Positions 25,383 through 33,034 are shown, numbered from the stretch's first letter. The stretch is DNA of 35,122 bases from a virus (IMGVR_UViG_2713896901_000010), one strand, 5' to 3'. A program made the numbers and translations. The notes: generated by a model from the sequence alone, not told the origin.

Positions 25383-25951
25383 TGGTTGCCTCCTTTGCGA
25401 AGCTCTGCGGCAAAGTCAGTGGCATGTTCACCGAGTAGTTTCCAGTTATCGCGTATATCAGATGCAAATGACTGTTCGGATTTTGAGTTACATTTCTGTG
25501 CAAACATCTCCAATCCCTGCGCCCGCACTTCAGCCAGGCATTTGCGAAACTCGGAAACGTACTGTTCGACGCTCATTCCCCAGCTAAGTGGACATTCATT
25601 GAATGTTTCGCCTTCGTGCTCTTCATCAGGTAACTCTTTGGTAAAGAACTCACGTTCAATGGCGTGGAGTGTGTCAGCAAAACGACGTAAGTTACTCAAA
25701 CCTGTCGTAATGGAGAATTCAGGAGCATCACATCCGACGCCCATCTGCTGATAAACGGCGGTTTTGAAGGCCTTAAGCCCCGCATTCTCCGCCGCCAGCG
25801 CATTAGCACGCACCAGTTGCACTTCCAGTTGCGTTGCCAAATCGCTGATCAGCTTTGCCACACTGCGCATATCAACGGCACAACATTCTGCTTTCAGTTC
25901 CGAAGCCATCTCATGCCCGGCGGCAACTAACCCTTTGATATTACTTTCCAT
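25379..25951 (-). CDS. hypothetical protein (190 aa)
   Basis: ORF beginning a new transcription unit after the HNH terminator. Confidence 0.5.
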   Translation of the reverse strand: MESNIKGLVAAGHEMASELKAECCAVDMRSVAKLISDLATQLEVQLVRANALAAENAGLKAFKTAVYQQMGVGCDAPEFSITTGLSNLRRFADTLHAIEREFFTKELPDEEHEGETFNECPLSWGMSVEQYVSEFRKCLAEVRAQGLEMFAQKCNSKSEQSFASDIRDNWKLLGEHATDFAAELRKGGNQ

Positions 25952-25991
25952 CTTTACCCTCGCTTATCCACATAACTTATTGATAACATTG

Positions 25992-26024
25992 ATAACTAAA
26001 AAGATCGTCGATTCAGGCCGATCT
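25992..26024 (-). terminator. hairpin terminator at the end of the HNH gene
   Basis: AGATCG-11 nt-CGATCT hairpin enclosing the stop codon, then TTTT on the minus strand. Confidence 0.5.
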
Positions 26025-26621
26025 ATTTTTCATCAGTGATTCATAAAACTTTTGCCACTTATGCCGACCGAAATTAGCCTTCGAGTTACAGCTCGAACAA
26101 AGGCAAATAAGGTTCTCCTGACGACAGTCTTGCTTGTCGTAATTGATGTGATGAGTTGTTAGCCTTTTGTCTGTTCCATCACAACCTGGGTTCTGACAAG
26201 TAAAACCATCTCGCTCAATAACCCTCTTGCTCGTTTCTCGGAAATCCCACGGATACGGAAATCTCGATAATCCACCAGACCAGTTTGGATTTCCTTCCCC
26301 CTTCATCAGAGAAGAACGCATTATGTTGGAACACTGTTTCGAGCAGCATTTGTGACGCTTCTCATGACTCAAGAAAACGGAGAACGAAGATCCGCATACG
26401 CAGCATATTTTTAATACTCGCTTTAGTTCCCGATTTACCGTCTTGCCTCGCTGTGAAATTCCTACACACTGAAGTGAGCAGAACCTTGAAGAGGAGTTGG
26501 CTCGCTTAACCTGATATTGCCTGCCACATACGGAGCAAACCTTTTCGATTTTCCCACCCTTCCAATTCGGGTTTTTATCACCGGATACAATCAATCCCGC
26601 AGCATTGGGCTTCTCATTCAT
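26013..26621 (-). CDS. HNH endonuclease with two N-terminal CxxC zinc-finger repeats (202 aa)
   Basis: ...DGFTCQNPGCDGTDKRLTTHHINYDKQDCRQENLICLCSSCNSKAN fits the H-N-H fold; CSVCG...CSLQC and CCVCG...CCSKQC repeats. Confidence 0.7.
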   Translation of the reverse strand: MNEKPNAAGLIVSGDKNPNWKGGKIEKVCSVCGRQYQVKRANSSSRFCSLQCVGISQRGKTVNRELKRVLKICCVCGSSFSVFLSHEKRHKCCSKQCSNIMRSSLMKGEGNPNWSGGLSRFPYPWDFRETSKRVIERDGFTCQNPGCDGTDKRLTTHHINYDKQDCRQENLICLCSSCNSKANFGRHKWQKFYESLMKNRSA

Positions 26622-26971
26622 AGTTCCTCAATCTCCCATCCACCACCGAGCTTTTTAGGTTTTGGATAAGCAACCTGAAAGACAAACGGATAGCTGTCTG
26701 CCGCAACCTTCATCTTGACTCTCGCATCGTCAGTAAAGACTGACTTACTTCCCTTAACGTCCACCATCACCAACTGCCCGTCAGCCAACATCACGGCAAA
26801 ATCTACAGTCAGGAAGCAGTTATCAGCTAACCGCAGCTTGATACCCTCGAATCGATACCAGGCGATTTCCCCTGCACGTTTACGCTGCTCAAGGTGCTGG
26901 CAATACGCAGATTCTGTTTTGTTCATCTGGCCTGTTTTGAGTCGACCAAGAGCCTGTATCTGTTTTCTCAT
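26618..26971 (-). CDS. DUF1064-family protein (117 aa)
   Basis: ...HLEQRKRAGEIAWYRFEGIKLRL...FLTVDFAVMLADGQLVMVDVKG resembles the DUF1064 pattern. Confidence 0.6.
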   Translation of the reverse strand: MRKQIQALGRLKTGQMNKTESAYCQHLEQRKRAGEIAWYRFEGIKLRLADNCFLTVDFAVMLADGQLVMVDVKGSKSVFTDDARVKMKVAADSYPFVFQVAYPKPKKLGGGWEIEEL

Positions 26972-26974
26972 GAT

Positions 26975-26989
26975 TTACCTCTTAGGTAA
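26975..26989. promoter_or_regulatory. operator dyad TTACC-N5-GGTAA (site E1)
   Basis: ttacc tctta ggtaa, 3 nt upstream of ATG 26971; contains the GAGGT RBS on the minus strand. Confidence 0.55.
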
Positions 26990-27017
26990 TTAAAAACCAC
27001 ATAAGACACGAAATCAA
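26989..27017 (-). promoter_or_regulatory. sigma70-like promoter TTGATT-N17-TTTAAT (minus strand)
   Basis: -35 at 27012-27017, -10 at 26989-26994, flanked by operators E1 and E2. Confidence 0.45.
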
Positions 27018-27036
27018 TAGAGTTTAGAATATTTTA

Positions 27037-27051
27037 TTACCCAACAGGTAA
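27037..27051. promoter_or_regulatory. operator dyad TTACC-N5-GGTAA (site E2)
   Basis: ttacc caaca ggtaa. Confidence 0.55.
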
Positions 27052-27060
27052 TTATCAAGA

Positions 27061-27084
27061 CGTAAAAAAAATGCGCTATCGCGC
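27061..27084 (-). terminator. rho-independent terminator after the P-like gene
   Basis: On minus strand GCGC-gata-GCGC followed by A then T8. Confidence 0.55.
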
Positions 27085-27089
27085 TGGTA

Positions 27090-27890
27090 TTACTTGATAA
27101 ATCCTGCCGCCTTTCCCCGCCTGTATTCCTCCATCAGCCACTGAGCCGGTGTTATTCCCCCAAGGGTGGCGGCGTTAGGCATGCACCCGAAACTTCGCCC
27201 TGGTGGGTGGTAAACGTCTCTCCCTGTGTCCGGAGGTGTACTCATGGGTTCTGGCTTTGCCTGTATGCTGATCACCGGATCGGGTATCTGCTGTCCGGAA
27301 GCCACCTTTTTCGCCCAATCATCGAGCAGCCTGCGCGCGTGTTTCTCAACCTCAATCTCGCTAAGCTGGCGCTGATACATTGCACGGCGGGTATCACATA
27401 CGACCCAGTACATAACCGGATGTCGCCACGGGAATCTTTCGGGACCACCAGGATATAAACTTTTTTCCTTGCTGTACCGGTGAAACTCCGCCATCACATC
27501 GTCAATGGTGACGCCAAGAACCATCTTGCTGTCTTTGCACCACTTGATAAATTGCCCTGGCGACGGCCAGAACGGAGATTCACTGGCGCGGGCGTGGCGC
27601 ATACCAGCAGAAACCTGTTCACGGGTTCGGATCCCCCCTTCGGCAAACGCAGCAATCCACTGCTGTTTTGCAGCAACTTCCTGCTCTGGCGTCTTCAGGT
27701 TGGTTACCACTGCCGCCGGAAACAGTTGTTTCAGCTGTTTGAAAAGGGCATCAACAAGCCTCTCTGCTGACATGTTCACCACGTTGTCATTGTTGGTGTA
27801 CTGATGCTCATAACCTGACATGCGAGAAAGGGCTTCTCCGTCACGGTTTTGTATCGCGGTAAAAACGTTGTTCACAAGAAATCCTCCCAT
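27090..27890 (-). CDS. replication protein P-like helicase loader (266 aa)
   Basis: ...VAAKQQWIAAFAEGGIRTREQVSAGMRHARASESPFWPSPGQFIKWCKD parallels lambda P ...RRQWVLAFRENGITTMEQVNAGMRVARRQNRPFLPSPGQFVAWCRE. Confidence 0.8.
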   Translation of the reverse strand: MGGFLVNNVFTAIQNRDGEALSRMSGYEHQYTNNDNVVNMSAERLVDALFKQLKQLFPAAVVTNLKTPEQEVAAKQQWIAAFAEGGIRTREQVSAGMRHARASESPFWPSPGQFIKWCKDSKMVLGVTIDDVMAEFHRYSKEKSLYPGGPERFPWRHPVMYWVVCDTRRAMYQRQLSEIEVEKHARRLLDDWAKKVASGQQIPDPVISIQAKPEPMSTPPDTGRDVYHPPGRSFGCMPNAATLGGITPAQWLMEEYRRGKAAGFIK

Positions 27891-28687
27891 GCTTCAGGGC
27901 TGTTCCAGTGCGGAACGTTGTTATCAGGTAATGTTGATTGCTTCTGTCTGCTAATCTGCAGCCGCCTTGCCAGCTTCTGCTCCCACTGTGCCTGATGGTA
28001 TGCCTTACCCTCAGCCATCCAGTAAATTCTGAACTCTGCAAGTTCCTGTGCCGTTGGCAGAGTGTCCAGGTAGATCCCCTGCAATGAGCTTTTCCGAAGA
28101 AAGTCATCTGATGGCTGCCATTGTTCATGCATGACAAATTTGCCTAATTGCCCTGGCCCACCAGGAGGAACAAAGTTATTCATCACGGCGTTGTTTGCGC
28201 CGGGGTCATGAGGCACAGAATTCCCGGTTTTTGTCCCGCTCTCCCTCTCTTGGTTAAATGACTGGTTATATGACTGGTTCTGGATCCCGTTTTTGGGATC
28301 ATTCAACATCCCGTTTTTGGGATCATTCAACATCCCGTTTTTGGGTATATTCCCGTTTTCGGGAACATTACCGTTTTCGGGTTCATTCCACCCTTCCCGG
28401 TTGCCTTTAATATTCCCGTTTTTGGTTATATTAAGAGAGAAAACCCGCACTCTTTTCGTCGCTCCCTTTCTCTCTCCGGTATCTGAAATAAGCCCCATTT
28501 TCATGAGCGATATGAGCCCGGCCTGCACGGTTTTTTTATTCAGGCAAGTGTCTTTAACGAGGCGTTCTATGCTGGGGTAGCAGAGGTTATCTTCATCGGC
28601 TCTGTCAGCCATCGAGAGCAGTATGAGCTTTAATGACGAGCTACCTGGATCTGTCTCCCAGGCCCAATCTGTTGCATGTCTGCTCAT
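27872..28687 (-). CDS. replication initiator, lambda O-like, with iterons inside the coding sequence (271 aa)
   Basis: N-terminal winged-helix-like region; central PENGNVPENGNIPKNGMLNDPKNGMLNDPKNG encoded by DNA iterons; immediately upstream of P-like gene. Confidence 0.65.
   Translation of the reverse strand: MSRHATDWAWETDPGSSSLKLILLSMADRADEDNLCYPSIERLVKDTCLNKKTVQAGLISLMKMGLISDTGERKGATKRVRVFSLNITKNGNIKGNREGWNEPENGNVPENGNIPKNGMLNDPKNGMLNDPKNGIQNQSYNQSFNQERESGTKTGNSVPHDPGANNAVMNNFVPPGGPGQLGKFVMHEQWQPSDDFLRKSSLQGIYLDTLPTAQELAEFRIYWMAEGKAYHQAQWEQKLARRLQISRQKQSTLPDNNVPHWNSPEAWEDFL
28286..28433. repeat. origin iterons (5-6 tandem units, core CCCGTTTT(T/C)GGG)
   Basis: Two perfect 24-bp units cccgtttttgggatcattcaacat at 28286-28309 and 28310-28333, degenerate units to 28433; direct repeat atgactggtt x2 at 28259-28279. 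Confidence 0.7.
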
Positions 28688-28702
28688 GATTAATCTCCGC
28701 TA

Positions 28703-28903
28703 TCAGCTTGAATGTTGTGGGGAGGAATTAATCATGATCTGCTTAATCTCTGCCCTGATGCGACGGTTTGATTCCATGGTGCACTCAACACAGTGTCCGT
28801 TGTAAACCCAGCGTTCACTGTCATGTCCGTGCTTACATGGTTTTCCGGTGTAGTAGCGTTTAAGCCCGCGCTTTGCGGCATCAATACGTGTAATGATTTC
28901 CAT
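28703..28903 (-). CDS. small Cys/His-rich protein in the cII position (66 aa)
   Basis: Internal ATG 28903 with AGGG upstream; YTGKPCKHGH...GHCVEC; lies between the cro-like terminator and the O-like gene. Confidence 0.45.
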   Translation of the reverse strand: MEIITRIDAAKRGLKRYYTGKPCKHGHDSERWVYNGHCVECTMESNRRIRAEIKQIMINSSPQHSS

Positions 28904-28983
28904 GGTAAGCCCTGTTATTAGTATTGGGATTACGGTTATTTTGTGCTGACACAAAAAAAAGATCAACCAGATTTGGTTTTTTG

Positions 28984-28998
28984 TTACCTTTGAGGTAC
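28984..28998. promoter_or_regulatory. near-perfect operator dyad (site F, 9/10)
   Basis: ttacc tttga ggtac. Confidence 0.35.
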
Positions 28999-29003
28999 GA
29001 ATA

Positions 29004-29031
29004 GATATGAAAAGACCGCCGGATGGCGGTC
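29004..29031 (-). terminator. tR1-like hairpin terminator after the cro-like gene
   Basis: On minus strand GACCGCC-atcc-GGCGGTC followed by TTTTCATAT. Confidence 0.5.
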
Positions 29032-29053
29032 TACAGAGGTTTGTGGCTGGATA

Positions 29054-29284
29054 TCATGAGTAGAAGAAGTATGCCAGTTCTGCTTTTGAGCGCAGCCATT
29101 GTCTTGTTTTACAGGCTTTAAAAAGCCCATTCATCAATACCTTACCTGGCATTTTGCGCTTACCTGTTAAGTGAGTCTGGATATAGTGACTCGTCGTTCC
29201 GGCTTCCTGTGCGAAGGCTTCACGCTCATCCGGAGTAAGTGCAAGCCAGTGCTTTTTGAAATCGAAATGTCCGTTATCGCTCAT
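29054..29284 (-). CDS. Cro-like HTH regulator (76 aa)
   Basis: Divergent from the repressor gene across an operator-rich region; TPDEREAFAQEAGTTSHYIQTHLTGKR has helix-turn-helix character. Confidence 0.55.
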   Translation of the reverse strand: MSDNGHFDFKKHWLALTPDEREAFAQEAGTTSHYIQTHLTGKRKMPGKVLMNGLFKACKTRQWLRSKAELAYFFYS

Positions 29285-29320
29285 AGCTATTGCCTGATAT
29301 TTATTTCAGATAATAAATAT

Positions 29321-29383
29321 TCACCCATAAGGTAACAAAAATCAAGGATAGTTACCTATGAGGTGCATTTACCTGTTGGGTAA
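29321..29383. promoter_or_regulatory. OR-like operator cluster (three dyads)
   Basis: 29321-29335 tcacc cataa ggtaa (9/10); 29352-29366 ttacc tatga ggtgc (8/10); 29369-29383 ttacc tgttg ggtaa (10/10). Confidence 0.6.
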
Positions 29384-29438
29384 TATTGCTTTAAATTGAA
29401 TCATCTACTGATTCATATATGAGGCGATTTTCCAGAAA

Positions 29439-30023
29439 ATGAAAAGTATCCAGGACGTCCGCAGGCAAAATCTCAACGACTTGATCGACCGTGAATTCAA
29501 TGGTGTTCAGACGCGGATGGCAGAAAAACTTGGAACTCAGGCAAATCTGGTAAACCGCTGGGCTCTTGGAAAGAAGGTTATCGGCGACCAGGTTGCGCGA
29601 AAAATTGAAGCTGCCGCCAATAAACCCCGTAACTGGCTTGATATCGATCGCTCGCTTTCTCAGGAAGGTTTTCAGCCTGTCGGCCCAAGCGACATTGGTC
29701 AGCTGGCGGCTCACAACCTGGAACGCTGGATGAGCGAAAGCCGCGACCTTTCAACACAGGGAAAACTTCACCGCGCATCCGGCGTCGCCCAGGTGACAAT
29801 CAGCCGCCTGTTAAACAATGAGGTCAGCGTTTCCATTTCCACCTTGGAGAATGTTGCATCCGCATTCGGGCGTCACGGCTATGAATTACTGATTCACCCG
29901 CACGACCCTGCGACCATCAACTATGACCGCTCGCGCTACGCATTGTTACCCGAAACCGAGAAAGCAAAGATCGAAAGTTACATTGAATTTGTCATCAATC
30001 AGAACGAAAAAAACAAACAATAA
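29439..30023 (+). CDS. CI-like repressor with two HTH motifs and no S24 peptidase domain (194 aa)
   Basis: N-terminal XRE-type HTH (MAEKLGTQANLVNRW) plus second HTH (SGVAQVTISRLLNNEVSVSISTLENVA); no Ser/Lys autoproteolysis domain visible. Confidence 0.7.
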   Translation: MKSIQDVRRQNLNDLIDREFNGVQTRMAEKLGTQANLVNRWALGKKVIGDQVARKIEAAANKPRNWLDIDRSLSQEGFQPVGPSDIGQLAAHNLERWMSESRDLSTQGKLHRASGVAQVTISRLLNNEVSVSISTLENVASAFGRHGYELLIHPHDPATINYDRSRYALLPETEKAKIESYIEFVINQNEKNKQ

Positions 30024-30044
30024 GATCATAGTTTTCAGTAAGTA

Positions 30045-30068
30045 AGCCGCCTTCTGGCGGCTTTTTTA
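30045..30068 (+). terminator. rho-independent terminator after the repressor gene
   Basis: agccgcc-ttct-ggcggct followed by TTTTTT. Confidence 0.8.
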
Positions 30069-30080
30069 TTGCCTGTTCGA

Positions 30081-30095
30081 TTACCTGGTGGGTAA
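30081..30095. promoter_or_regulatory. operator dyad TTACC-N5-GGTAA (site H1)
   Basis: ttacc tggtg ggtaa. Confidence 0.6.
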
Positions 30096-30114
30096 TTTTT
30101 TTAACTCATATCTA

Positions 30115-30143
30115 TTGACATCAAACCAGATACGCATAATTAT
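30115..30143 (+). promoter_or_regulatory. pL-like promoter TTGACA-N17-AATTAT
   Basis: Consensus -35 at 30115-30120; -10 at 30138-30143 whose last T is the first base of operator H2. Confidence 0.55.
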
Positions 30144-30157
30144 TACCTCAACGGTAA
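30143..30157. promoter_or_regulatory. operator dyad TTACC-N5-GGTAA (site H2)
   Basis: ttacc tcaac ggtaa. Confidence 0.6.
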
Positions 30158-30176
30158 CAGACCGAGGTAACAAGTT

Positions 30177-30329
30177 ATGCAGTGGAAAATCATCAACGGT
30201 TGGTACTGCGTTACTGCATGCGGATTCATGAGCTGGAAGTTCCGCACCTTACAGGAAGGCATTAAGTGGGCTTTCGTCAGCAAAGAAGCTCGCGATGTGG
30301 CCAACGATAACGAGATATGGGAGGGCTGA
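30177..30329 (+). CDS. small ORF (50 aa) at the head of the pL-like operon
   Basis: ATG 30177 with GAGGT at 8-nt spacing; stop overlaps the next start; below the ORF-track size cutoff. Confidence 0.3.
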   Translation: MQWKIINGWYCVTACGFMSWKFRTLQEGIKWAFVSKEARDVANDNEIWEG

Positions 30330-30331
30330 TA

Positions 30332-30631
30332 ATGAACGTTAATCAGCAGAAAAATCTTCAAAAAATCATGCAGGCATTCGACAAGGACTACCGCCTGTCA
30401 GAACAGCTATATGACCGACAAGTCGAACTGATTGAGAGTATCCGGATTCATCAACTGTCCTCAACTTTCGACGTTGTAACAGGCAAAGGCGTTCGTCAGG
30501 AAGTACTGGAGGCTGCTAAAGACAGCCCTGAGTTCGAAGAACTGATGGATGCCTATCGGCGAGAGGCAATGGCAATTATCGCCCGCTGGGATCTGGCTGA
30601 TCGGCTTGATGGACAGAGGGACGCGGCATGA
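30332..30631 (+). CDS. hypothetical protein (99 aa)
   Basis: ATG 30332 with GGGAGG at 7-nt spacing; ATGA overlap with exonuclease gene. Confidence 0.45.
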   Translation: MNVNQQKNLQKIMQAFDKDYRLSEQLYDRQVELIESIRIHQLSSTFDVVTGKGVRQEVLEAAKDSPEFEELMDAYRREAMAIIARWDLADRLDGQRDAA

Positions 30632-31449
30632 AACCGGGAATTTATTTCGACATCAGCAACGAAGACTACCACGCCGGTGACGGCGTGAGTAAGTCGCAAC
30701 TGGACATGGTTGCCAAGAATCCGGCGCTTCTTAAATGGGTTCAGGCAGCACCAGAAGACGAAGAGAAAAAGTCTGCACTGGATATGGGAACCGCATTGCA
30801 CTGTCTGCTTCTGGAACCTGGAGAATTCGACAAACGCTTCATCGTTTCACCGAAATTCGATCGTCGGACAAAACAAGGTAAAGCTGACGAAGAAGCATTT
30901 CTTCGTGATGTGGCGGATATGGGTATTACGGTACTTGATGTCGAGCAGTGGCGAAAACTGGAGCTGATGCGTGATAGCGCAATGGCTCATCCGGCAGCAC
31001 GCTGGATGTTGGAAGCACCTGGTTACTGCGAAGCATCAATGTACTGGAACGATGAAGAGACGGGTGAGTTGTGCCGAATTCGTCCAGACAAATGGCTGAA
31101 CGAGCACAACGTGATCGTCGACGTGAAAAAGGTTGCAGATATGGACCGTTTTGCACGCCACATCGAGGAATTCCGCTACCACGTGCAGGACGCAATGTAC
31201 CGCGAAGGCGCAATGAGGGTTACTGGTCAGACGCATGGTTTTTTCTTTCTTGCCGTGAGCGAAAGCATTGATTGTGGTCGGTATCCGGTACGCGTGTTCG
31301 AGCTGGACGCGCCGGATGTCGATGCCGGGCACGCTCTGTTCCGCCGGGATCTGAATACCTATCACGAATGCCGCATCAACGATGAATGGGGCGGAGTGGA
31401 AATTATTAAACGCCCTGACTGGGCACGTAAACAGGATATGTACGTATGA
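30628..31449 (+). CDS. PD-(D/E)XK-family exonuclease (RecE/YqaJ-like), partner of the annealing protein (273 aa)
   Basis: N-terminal GIYFDISNEDYHAGDGVSKSQL, HCLLLEPGEFDKRF, and D-x-K in IVDVKKV; translationally coupled to the downstream annealing-protein gene. Confidence 0.65.
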   Translation: MKPGIYFDISNEDYHAGDGVSKSQLDMVAKNPALLKWVQAAPEDEEKKSALDMGTALHCLLLEPGEFDKRFIVSPKFDRRTKQGKADEEAFLRDVADMGITVLDVEQWRKLELMRDSAMAHPAARWMLEAPGYCEASMYWNDEETGELCRIRPDKWLNEHNVIVDVKKVADMDRFARHIEEFRYHVQDAMYREGAMRVTGQTHGFFFLAVSESIDCGRYPVRVFELDAPDVDAGHALFRRDLNTYHECRINDEWGGVEIIKRPDWARKQDMYV

Positions 31450-32327
31450 GCAATGATATCGCAATCACATCACAACCAGGCGCAACTGTAGGCACTGCTG
31501 CGGCAATCTTCAACCCCGAGGGCATGAATCAACTGGTGCGTTTCGCGGAGTTGATGTCACAAAGCAAAGCGACTGTACCGAAACATCTTGAAGGCAAACC
31601 TGCCGATTGCCTGGCGGTGACCATGCAGGCGGCACAGTGGGGAATGAACCCTTTCGCCGTGGCGCAGAAAACGCATGTGGTAAACGGAACGTTAGGCTAC
31701 GAAGCACAGTTGGTAAACGCGGTCGTATCCTCTTCCAGCCTGCTGGCGACACGCCTGAATTATCGCTGGAGCGGTGACTGGTCGAATGTTAACGGCAAAA
31801 CAGATAAATCACCGAATCTGACGGTAACTGTGTCAGCAGTTCTTAAAGGAGAAGCAGAACCACGTGAGCTTACCATCAGTATGGCGCAAGCCGGAGTGCG
31901 TAACTCTCCATTGTGGGAACAGGATCCGCGCCAGCAGCTTGCCTATCTTTGCACGAAACGATGGGCTCGCCTGCACGCTCCTGATGTACTTCTCGGTGTT
32001 TACACCCCTGACGAATTACAGGAAACGGCACCACGCGTTGAACGAGACATTACTCCGCAAACAACTACGGCTGCGGGAATGAATAGTCTGATCAACGCTA
32101 AAACAGTGAAAAAGCCTGATGAGCAAACACGTAAAGCGGATAGCCGTGATCCAGAAGAAATGCTGATGGCCTTTACCAGCGCAGCGATGAATTACAGCAC
32201 TGTCTCCGAACTGGATAAGGCTTACAAATACATTGCACAAAAACTTTCAGATGATGACGAACTGCTGGCAAAAGCCACCGACGTTTACAGCGTTCGTCGG
32301 GAAGAATTAAACGAAACATCTATGTAA
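31446..32327 (+). CDS. Bet/RecT-like single-strand annealing protein (293 aa)
   Basis: ADCLAVTMQAAQWGMNPF parallels lambda Bet AQFIALLIVANQYGLNPW; ERDITP motif shared with Bet. Confidence 0.7.
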   Translation: MSNDIAITSQPGATVGTAAAIFNPEGMNQLVRFAELMSQSKATVPKHLEGKPADCLAVTMQAAQWGMNPFAVAQKTHVVNGTLGYEAQLVNAVVSSSSLLATRLNYRWSGDWSNVNGKTDKSPNLTVTVSAVLKGEAEPRELTISMAQAGVRNSPLWEQDPRQQLAYLCTKRWARLHAPDVLLGVYTPDELQETAPRVERDITPQTTTAAGMNSLINAKTVKKPDEQTRKADSRDPEEMLMAFTSAAMNYSTVSELDKAYKYIAQKLSDDDELLAKATDVYSVRREELNETSM

Positions 32328-32376
32328 CCACCACCGCGGCGCCACGCACGCCGCACTGCAACCAAGGGAGGTATTT

Positions 32377-32625
32377 ATGAAAGGTGCATTAGGTAAGAAG
32401 GAACTCCTGGCGGTGGTGCCACTGTCATGGAGCACTATCGACCGTATGGAGCGCGCAGGGGAATTTCCTAAACGCTGGTATATCACCGATAAACGCTGCG
32501 CATGGAACCGTGACGAAGTTGAGCGTTGGCTTGATGAACGTCAAGCAGCAAGCCCGGCAGAGTTCCAGGGTAAAAAACCTCCTGTTCAGCAACGTGTATA
32601 TCGTCCCGTGAGCAACGCTGCATGA
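32377..32625 (+). CDS. AlpA-family HTH regulator / excisionase-like (82 aa)
   Basis: GGAGG RBS; LLAVVPLSWSTIDRMERAGEFPKRWYITDKRCAWNRDEVERW fits the AlpA pattern. Confidence 0.7.
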   Translation: MKGALGKKELLAVVPLSWSTIDRMERAGEFPKRWYITDKRCAWNRDEVERWLDERQAASPAEFQGKKPPVQQRVYRPVSNAA

Positions 32626-32734
32626 GTGCGCTGCTAAGGCACTGGAGCAAATGGTCAGGATGGTACTTATTCCTGGCCTCTGTTTCAGCATGGCTTTATC
32701 TGCTGGCATTAATTTTCAGAGAGGGTTGGATTAA

Positions 32735-33034
32735 GTGAGAAAGTTAAGCCGACTTGAAAAATATCACATGAACAAGGTTTCAATGCGCAGCCCTTCAAAG
32801 GTTGTTGCCGTTACTCCTGCGGCGATAGAGATCGAAAAACGCGCGATCGAAAGAGAGAAAAAAGGGCAGTTCCGCATTGCCGCCCACCTTTGGCTTCAGT
32901 GTATGGATGTTGCTTCTGGTGATGTTGAGCGTGCAAGGATCGCGGTTCGCAGGGACCAATGTATCACAAAAGGTAACGGCCTTCGCCGTGGCGACTATAG
33001 CGGCATAGGATGTTGTGGGGTGGTTTATGACTAA
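32735..33034 (+). CDS. PerC-family-like small regulator (start uncertain)
   Basis: FRIAAHLWLQCM...ERARIAVRRDQCI resembles the PerC W-R-R-A-A...R-R-x-x-C pattern from memory; GTG 32735 or ATG 32768. Confidence 0.35.
   Translation: MRKLSRLEKYHMNKVSMRSPSKVVAVTPAAIEIEKRAIEREKKGQFRIAAHLWLQCMDVASGDVERARIAVRRDQCITKGNGLRRGDYSGIGCCGVVYD

Noticed and set aside
25964-25972. Perfect DnaA box TTATCCACA as a replication origin element
   Set aside because: Single isolated 9-mer, about 0.3 expected by chance; the real origin signal (iterons) is at 28286-28433; mentioned only as context
28286-28433. Possible CRISPR array suggested by tandem 24-bp repeats
   Set aside because: Repeats are contiguous with no spacers, lie inside an in-frame coding sequence and match the iteron organisation of lambda-type origins
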